IMG/VR virus record: IMGVR_UViG_3300017917_001353
Location: 1-38,544 of that record
Reading direction: 5' to 3' (one strand)
Length of the DNA stretch: 38,544 nt
Source of the DNA: a virus
Taxonomy: Duplodnaviria; Heunggongvirae; Uroviricota; Caudoviricetes
Position 1 is the stretch's first letter. Each line of letters starts with the position of its first letter. The notes beneath the pieces were generated by a model. It had not been told where the DNA came from. It saw nothing but the letters and a program-made list of their open reading frames with translations, and did not search any database. Positions 35,508 through 38,544 of the stretch are shown piece after piece. The translations under genes were made by a program, and so were the position numbers.

Positions 35508-35811
35508 GTCTGCTTCTAAAAAAATAAACCAAACTCTAAAGAAACGCGGACGCGGTCTTGGAATTAGAATTGGTGTCAAAACTACAGGTTGTAGTGGTCT
35601 AGCCTATGTGCTAGAATATGTAGACACACCTGGCCCAGATGATAAATGTATAGACTGCGGAGAATGTAAAGTTTTCGTAGATCCAAAGAGTTGTCCATAT
35701 TTGCAGGGCATGACTATTGACTATGTCAAGCAAGGACTAAATGAAGGATTTGAATTTAAGAATCCAAATGAACGCGATCGTTGTGGTTGCGGGGAGAGTT
35801 TTAGAGTATGA
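35491..35811 (+). CDS. iscA: A-type Fe-S carrier IscA
   Basis: [32 protein letters not shown]. Confidence 0.92.
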   Translation: MISLTESASKKINQTLKKRGRGLGIRIGVKTTGCSGLAYVLEYVDTPGPDDKCIDCGECKVFVDPKSCPYLQGMTIDYVKQGLNEGFEFKNPNERDRCGCGESFRV

Positions 35812-36131
35812 TCGAAGTTACAGAAACAGCCGTTAAAAAAATTACTGATCTTCTAGCAGAAGAAAACAATCCAAAACTTAAACTTCGTACTTTTGTACAA
35901 GGCGGAGGATGCAGTGGATTCCAATACGGATTTACATTTGACGAAGAACAGGCCGAAGACGACTTTGTAATCGAACGTCCGGGCATGACTCTGCTAGTAG
36001 ATGCAATGAGTATGCAGTACCTTTCTGGCGCAACAATTGATTATAAAGAAGAACTTATGGGCAGTAGTTTTACTATAAACAATCCGCAAGCCCAAAGTAC
36101 CTGCGGTTGCGGCAGTAGTTTTAGTGTATGA
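35808..36131 (+). CDS. erpA: A-type Fe-S insertion protein, ErpA-like
   Basis: [51 protein letters not shown]. Confidence 0.88.
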   Translation: MIEVTETAVKKITDLLAEENNPKLKLRTFVQGGGCSGFQYGFTFDEEQAEDDFVIERPGMTLLVDAMSMQYLSGATIDYKEELMGSSFTINNPQAQSTCGCGSSFSV

Positions 36132-36148
36132 TTTTGGTAAAAAACTTC

Positions 36149-36177
36149 TTGACATTTGGCTCAATTTCCCATACAAT
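36149..36177 (+). promoter_or_regulatory. near-consensus sigma70 promoter of the ligase transcript
   Basis: TTGACA (36149-36154), 17 bp, TACAAT (36172-36177), with an upstream A-tract. Confidence 0.8.
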
Positions 36178-36196
36178 ATTAATATTGTAAACACAC

Positions 36197-37507
36197 ATGG
36201 GAACACACATGAATCCTTGCGAACGAGTTATTTCCGACCTGGAAACTCATTCCAGCCGTATCAACAAAGAACAAATTATCGAAGCCAATTTGGACAATGC
36301 AGAACTGTTCGAAGGCTTTGAACTAGCACTTAGTCCCTACATCACATTTGGTGTTAAAAAGGTCCCAAGCCATAGCGGACCCGACGGACAGGGACTTCCC
36401 TGGGTTGCCTTTAAAGAACTGTGTCATCTGTTGAGCACACGCCAACTCACCGGTGACGATGCCCGTTCAGCAATTGAACTAGCACTTATGGCTAGCCGCA
36501 AGGACCAATGGAACAATTGGTATCGTCGTATCCTTATCAAGGATCTGCGTTGCGGTGTAAGCGAAAAGACTGTTAACAAGGTTAAGAAAAATGCTGTACC
36601 TGTGTTCGAGTGTATGCTTGCACACGATGGTGCCAATCACGAAAAGAAAATCACAGGCAAGAAACTGCTCGAACCCAAACTAGACGGTGTTCGTTGCATC
36701 ACTGTGGTTGACTGCGAATCACAGACTGTGACTCAGTACACCCGTAACGGTAAGGTGCTAGAGAACTTTGGTCACATTACAGAAGGCCTGCTGGCTAACA
36801 TCGATCTAATCGGCCGCAGTTACGTTCTTGACGGCGAAGTTGTTTCAAAGAGTTTTCAAGATCTTATGAAGCAGGTTCACCGTAAAGATAACGTGCAGGC
36901 TCAGGACGCTCGTCTCATGCTGTTTGATATCCTTCCTCTTAGCGAGTTTAAGAAGGGCAAGAGTATTATGGGACAGCGCCGTCGTACTAATCTACTCAAA
37001 ACACTCAAGCCTGTTTTTGATAAAGCAGGGCACATCGACATCATTCCGCAGATTGAGATTAATCTAGACGAATATGTTGGCGAACTCCAGTTTAAAGAAT
37101 TTAACAAAAACGCCATCGAACAGGGCTTCGAAGGCATTATGATCAAGGATCCTGAAGCAGTATATGAATGCAAGCGAAGCACAAGTTGGCTCAAGCAAAA
37201 GCCTTTCATTGAAGTCAGTTTGGCTGTCACAGCCGTTGAAGAAGGTACAGGCAAGAATGAAGGTCGCCTCGGTGCTCTTATCTGTGAAGGTGAAGATGAT
37301 GGAAGAAAGATTCGCGTCAATGTTGGCTCGGGCTTTACCGATGATCAACGTACCGAATACTGGGCTGGCAAGGACGATCTGGTTGGTCAGATTATTGAAA
37401 TCCGAGCAGATGCGGCAACTCGGAGCCAAGATAGTGAAGATGTATACAGCCTACGGTTTCCGCGTTTCCTCCGATTCCGTGGTTTTAAAGCAGGTGAAAA
37501 AATTTAA
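36197..37507 (+). CDS. phage ATP-dependent DNA ligase (start may be 36209)
   Basis: Motif I EPKLDGVR, motif III VLDGEV, FDIL, motif IV EGIMIK, WLKQKP, and OB domain VNVGSGF..SLRFPRF..FR. Confidence 0.93.
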   Translation: MGTHMNPCERVISDLETHSSRINKEQIIEANLDNAELFEGFELALSPYITFGVKKVPSHSGPDGQGLPWVAFKELCHLLSTRQLTGDDARSAIELALMASRKDQWNNWYRRILIKDLRCGVSEKTVNKVKKNAVPVFECMLAHDGANHEKKITGKKLLEPKLDGVRCITVVDCESQTVTQYTRNGKVLENFGHITEGLLANIDLIGRSYVLDGEVVSKSFQDLMKQVHRKDNVQAQDARLMLFDILPLSEFKKGKSIMGQRRRTNLLKTLKPVFDKAGHIDIIPQIEINLDEYVGELQFKEFNKNAIEQGFEGIMIKDPEAVYECKRSTSWLKQKPFIEVSLAVTAVEEGTGKNEGRLGALICEGEDDGRKIRVNVGSGFTDDQRTEYWAGKDDLVGQIIEIRADAATRSQDSEDVYSLRFPRFLRFRGFKAGEKI

Positions 37508-37508
37508 T

Positions 37509-37751
37509 ATGGACAAAAGTGCATTAAAAGATTTTACGTATGGTGGCATAACAGAGATATTGCATAACCGTAAGTATTATTATCATAGCACAGTAGGGGC
37601 CGAATACAGTCACTTTACAGATGAAGGTAAAGAGGTTCTTAACGAGTTTATGAATTTGATGGCATTCAAAATGCTACAGGCAGAGGAGGCCGACCTTAGA
37701 GAACGGTCAAAACAAATGGTTATTAACGGTTTGAAAGGAGATAAAATTTAA
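37509..37751 (+). CDS. hypothetical protein (80 aa); start revised from 37164
   Basis: ATG 1 nt after the ligase stop. The longer ORF call would overlap the ligase by 344 nt. Confidence 0.7.
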   Translation: MDKSALKDFTYGGITEILHNRKYYYHSTVGAEYSHFTDEGKEVLNEFMNLMAFKMLQAEEADLRERSKQMVINGLKGDKI

Positions 37752-37753
37752 TC

Positions 37754-37972
37754 GTGGCCAAAGAAGAAGCAATTCAGATGGAGGGTAGGGTTGAAGAAGT
37801 CCTACCTAACGCTATGTTTAGGGTTAAGCTCGATCACGGAGCAACAATCCTTGGACACATTTCGGGCAAAATGCGTCAAAACAAAATTCAGATCCTTGCA
37901 GGCGATGCTGTGCGAGTTGAAATGAGCCCATACGATCTAACTAAAGGTCGTATTGTATACCGTAGCAAATGA
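37754..37972 (+). CDS. infA: translation initiation factor IF-1 (GTG start)
   Basis: [64 protein letters not shown]. Confidence 0.95.
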   Translation: MAKEEAIQMEGRVEEVLPNAMFRVKLDHGATILGHISGKMRQNKIQILAGDAVRVEMSPYDLTKGRIVYRSK

Positions 37973-38238
37973 AACGGCGTTTTAGAACTTTTGTGCGGTC
38001 AGGCTGGTACCTGGCTGAAGTGCCTAGAACCAACCTTTGGCGTTGGCAAGAGGCAGCACAATCTAACAATGATATCGAATGGGGTTCAGAAGCCCACTAT
38101 AGACATATTAGATCTTGGTGCCACGGTACATTCGGAAAGAATACCTGGGAAGGCAGAATGTTGCCCACCGGATGCAAAGAATTTGTTTTCCAGAAAGAAA
38201 AAGACAGAACCCTATTTTTACTAAAATTTGGGTCATAA
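37969..38238 (+). CDS. hypothetical phage protein (89 aa)
   Basis: ATGA coupling to infA. C-terminal [16 protein letters not shown] resembles a motif common in small proteins of large phages (recognition only). Confidence 0.65.
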   Translation: MKRRFRTFVRSGWYLAEVPRTNLWRWQEAAQSNNDIEWGSEAHYRHIRSWCHGTFGKNTWEGRMLPTGCKEFVFQKEKDRTLFLLKFGS

Positions 38239-38263
38239 AAAAAGGACCTTTCGGTCCTTTTTT
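38237..38263. terminator. bidirectional intrinsic terminator
   Basis: A7-GGACC-TTTC-GGTCC-T6 (GAAA loop on the minus strand), between convergent genes. Confidence 0.85.
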
Positions 38264-38544
38264 ATTCTAAGTAGTTTGCCCAACTTGGATGTTGTAGATC
38301 CCACTTCATCCGCTTACGTTTGTCAGCCAGTTGGAAGTAACTAGGCTTGTAAGGCTTGTTCTTTGGGACAATCTTCTTGTTGTTACCTTTGCTTGCGTTG
38401 CAAGGACCACAGGCCGTAACACAGTTCTCCCAAACAGTCTTACCACCGTGGCTAGATGGTAGAACGTGGTCGAGAGTAGCAGTCTTACGGTTCAGTTCTG
38501 CTTCGCAGTAGACACAGCGGTATCCGTCACGAAGGAACACGTTC
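38262..38544 (-). CDS. HNH endonuclease (McrA/HNH_5-like), 5'-truncated by the window edge
   Basis: NVFLRDGYRCVYC..TLDHVLPSSHGG.T.WEN.VTAC..CN..KGN. The frame stays open to the window end. Confidence 0.88.
   Translation of the reverse strand, partial: NVFLRDGYRCVYCEAELNRKTATLDHVLPSSHGGKTVWENCVTACGPCNASKGNNKKIVPKNKPYKPSYFQLADKRKRMKWDLQHPSWANYLE

Noticed and set aside
6231-38224. Numerous 60-195 aa ORFs nested in or antisense to long genes (e.g. 6231-6665, 9563-9847, 13638-14081, 36901-37320, 37064-37429)
   Set aside because: They are shadow frames of well-supported genes, with no motifs, SD or promoters.

Overview
This window looks like part of a large lytic dsDNA phage genome (T4-like or jumbo). 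It is gene-dense, uses the standard code, and carries both sigma70-type promoters and T4-late-like (T)ATAAATA boxes. The IscU/IscA/ErpA and IF-1 sequences look proteobacterial, which suggests the host group (inference). Layout from left to right: (1) 1-1000, small minus-strand genes in repeated stem-loop plus promoter cassettes; (2) 1019-1925, a tRNA-Ile2(CAU) followed by a candidate pseudoknotted ncRNA, then a repeat-rich non-coding stretch; (3) 1925-5466, an AspH-like dioxygenase and two GT9-like glycosyltransferases; (4) 5559-11015, an 1818-aa subtilase/Ig-repeat, probably virion-associated, protein; (5) 11051-33694, a tightly coupled 22-gene modification operon with five radical SAM enzymes (one B12-binding), four putative glycosyltransferases, RmlC, three NDP-sugar SDRs, a split TPP-dependent E1 alpha/beta pair, four SGNH proteins, a 2OG-Fe(II) oxygenase and a methyltransferase; (6) 33794-38544, a SleB-type hydrolase, a SemiSWEET-like membrane protein, an unannotated 10-Cys mini-protein, iscU-iscA-erpA, ATP-dependent DNA ligase, IF-1 and a partial HNH nuclease. 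The strongest candidate for an undescribed system is the operon, read as a phage pathway for a branched, heavily tailored glycan, probably placed on the virion, with its own Fe-S supply module. All family calls come from motif recognition by eye; no searches were run.
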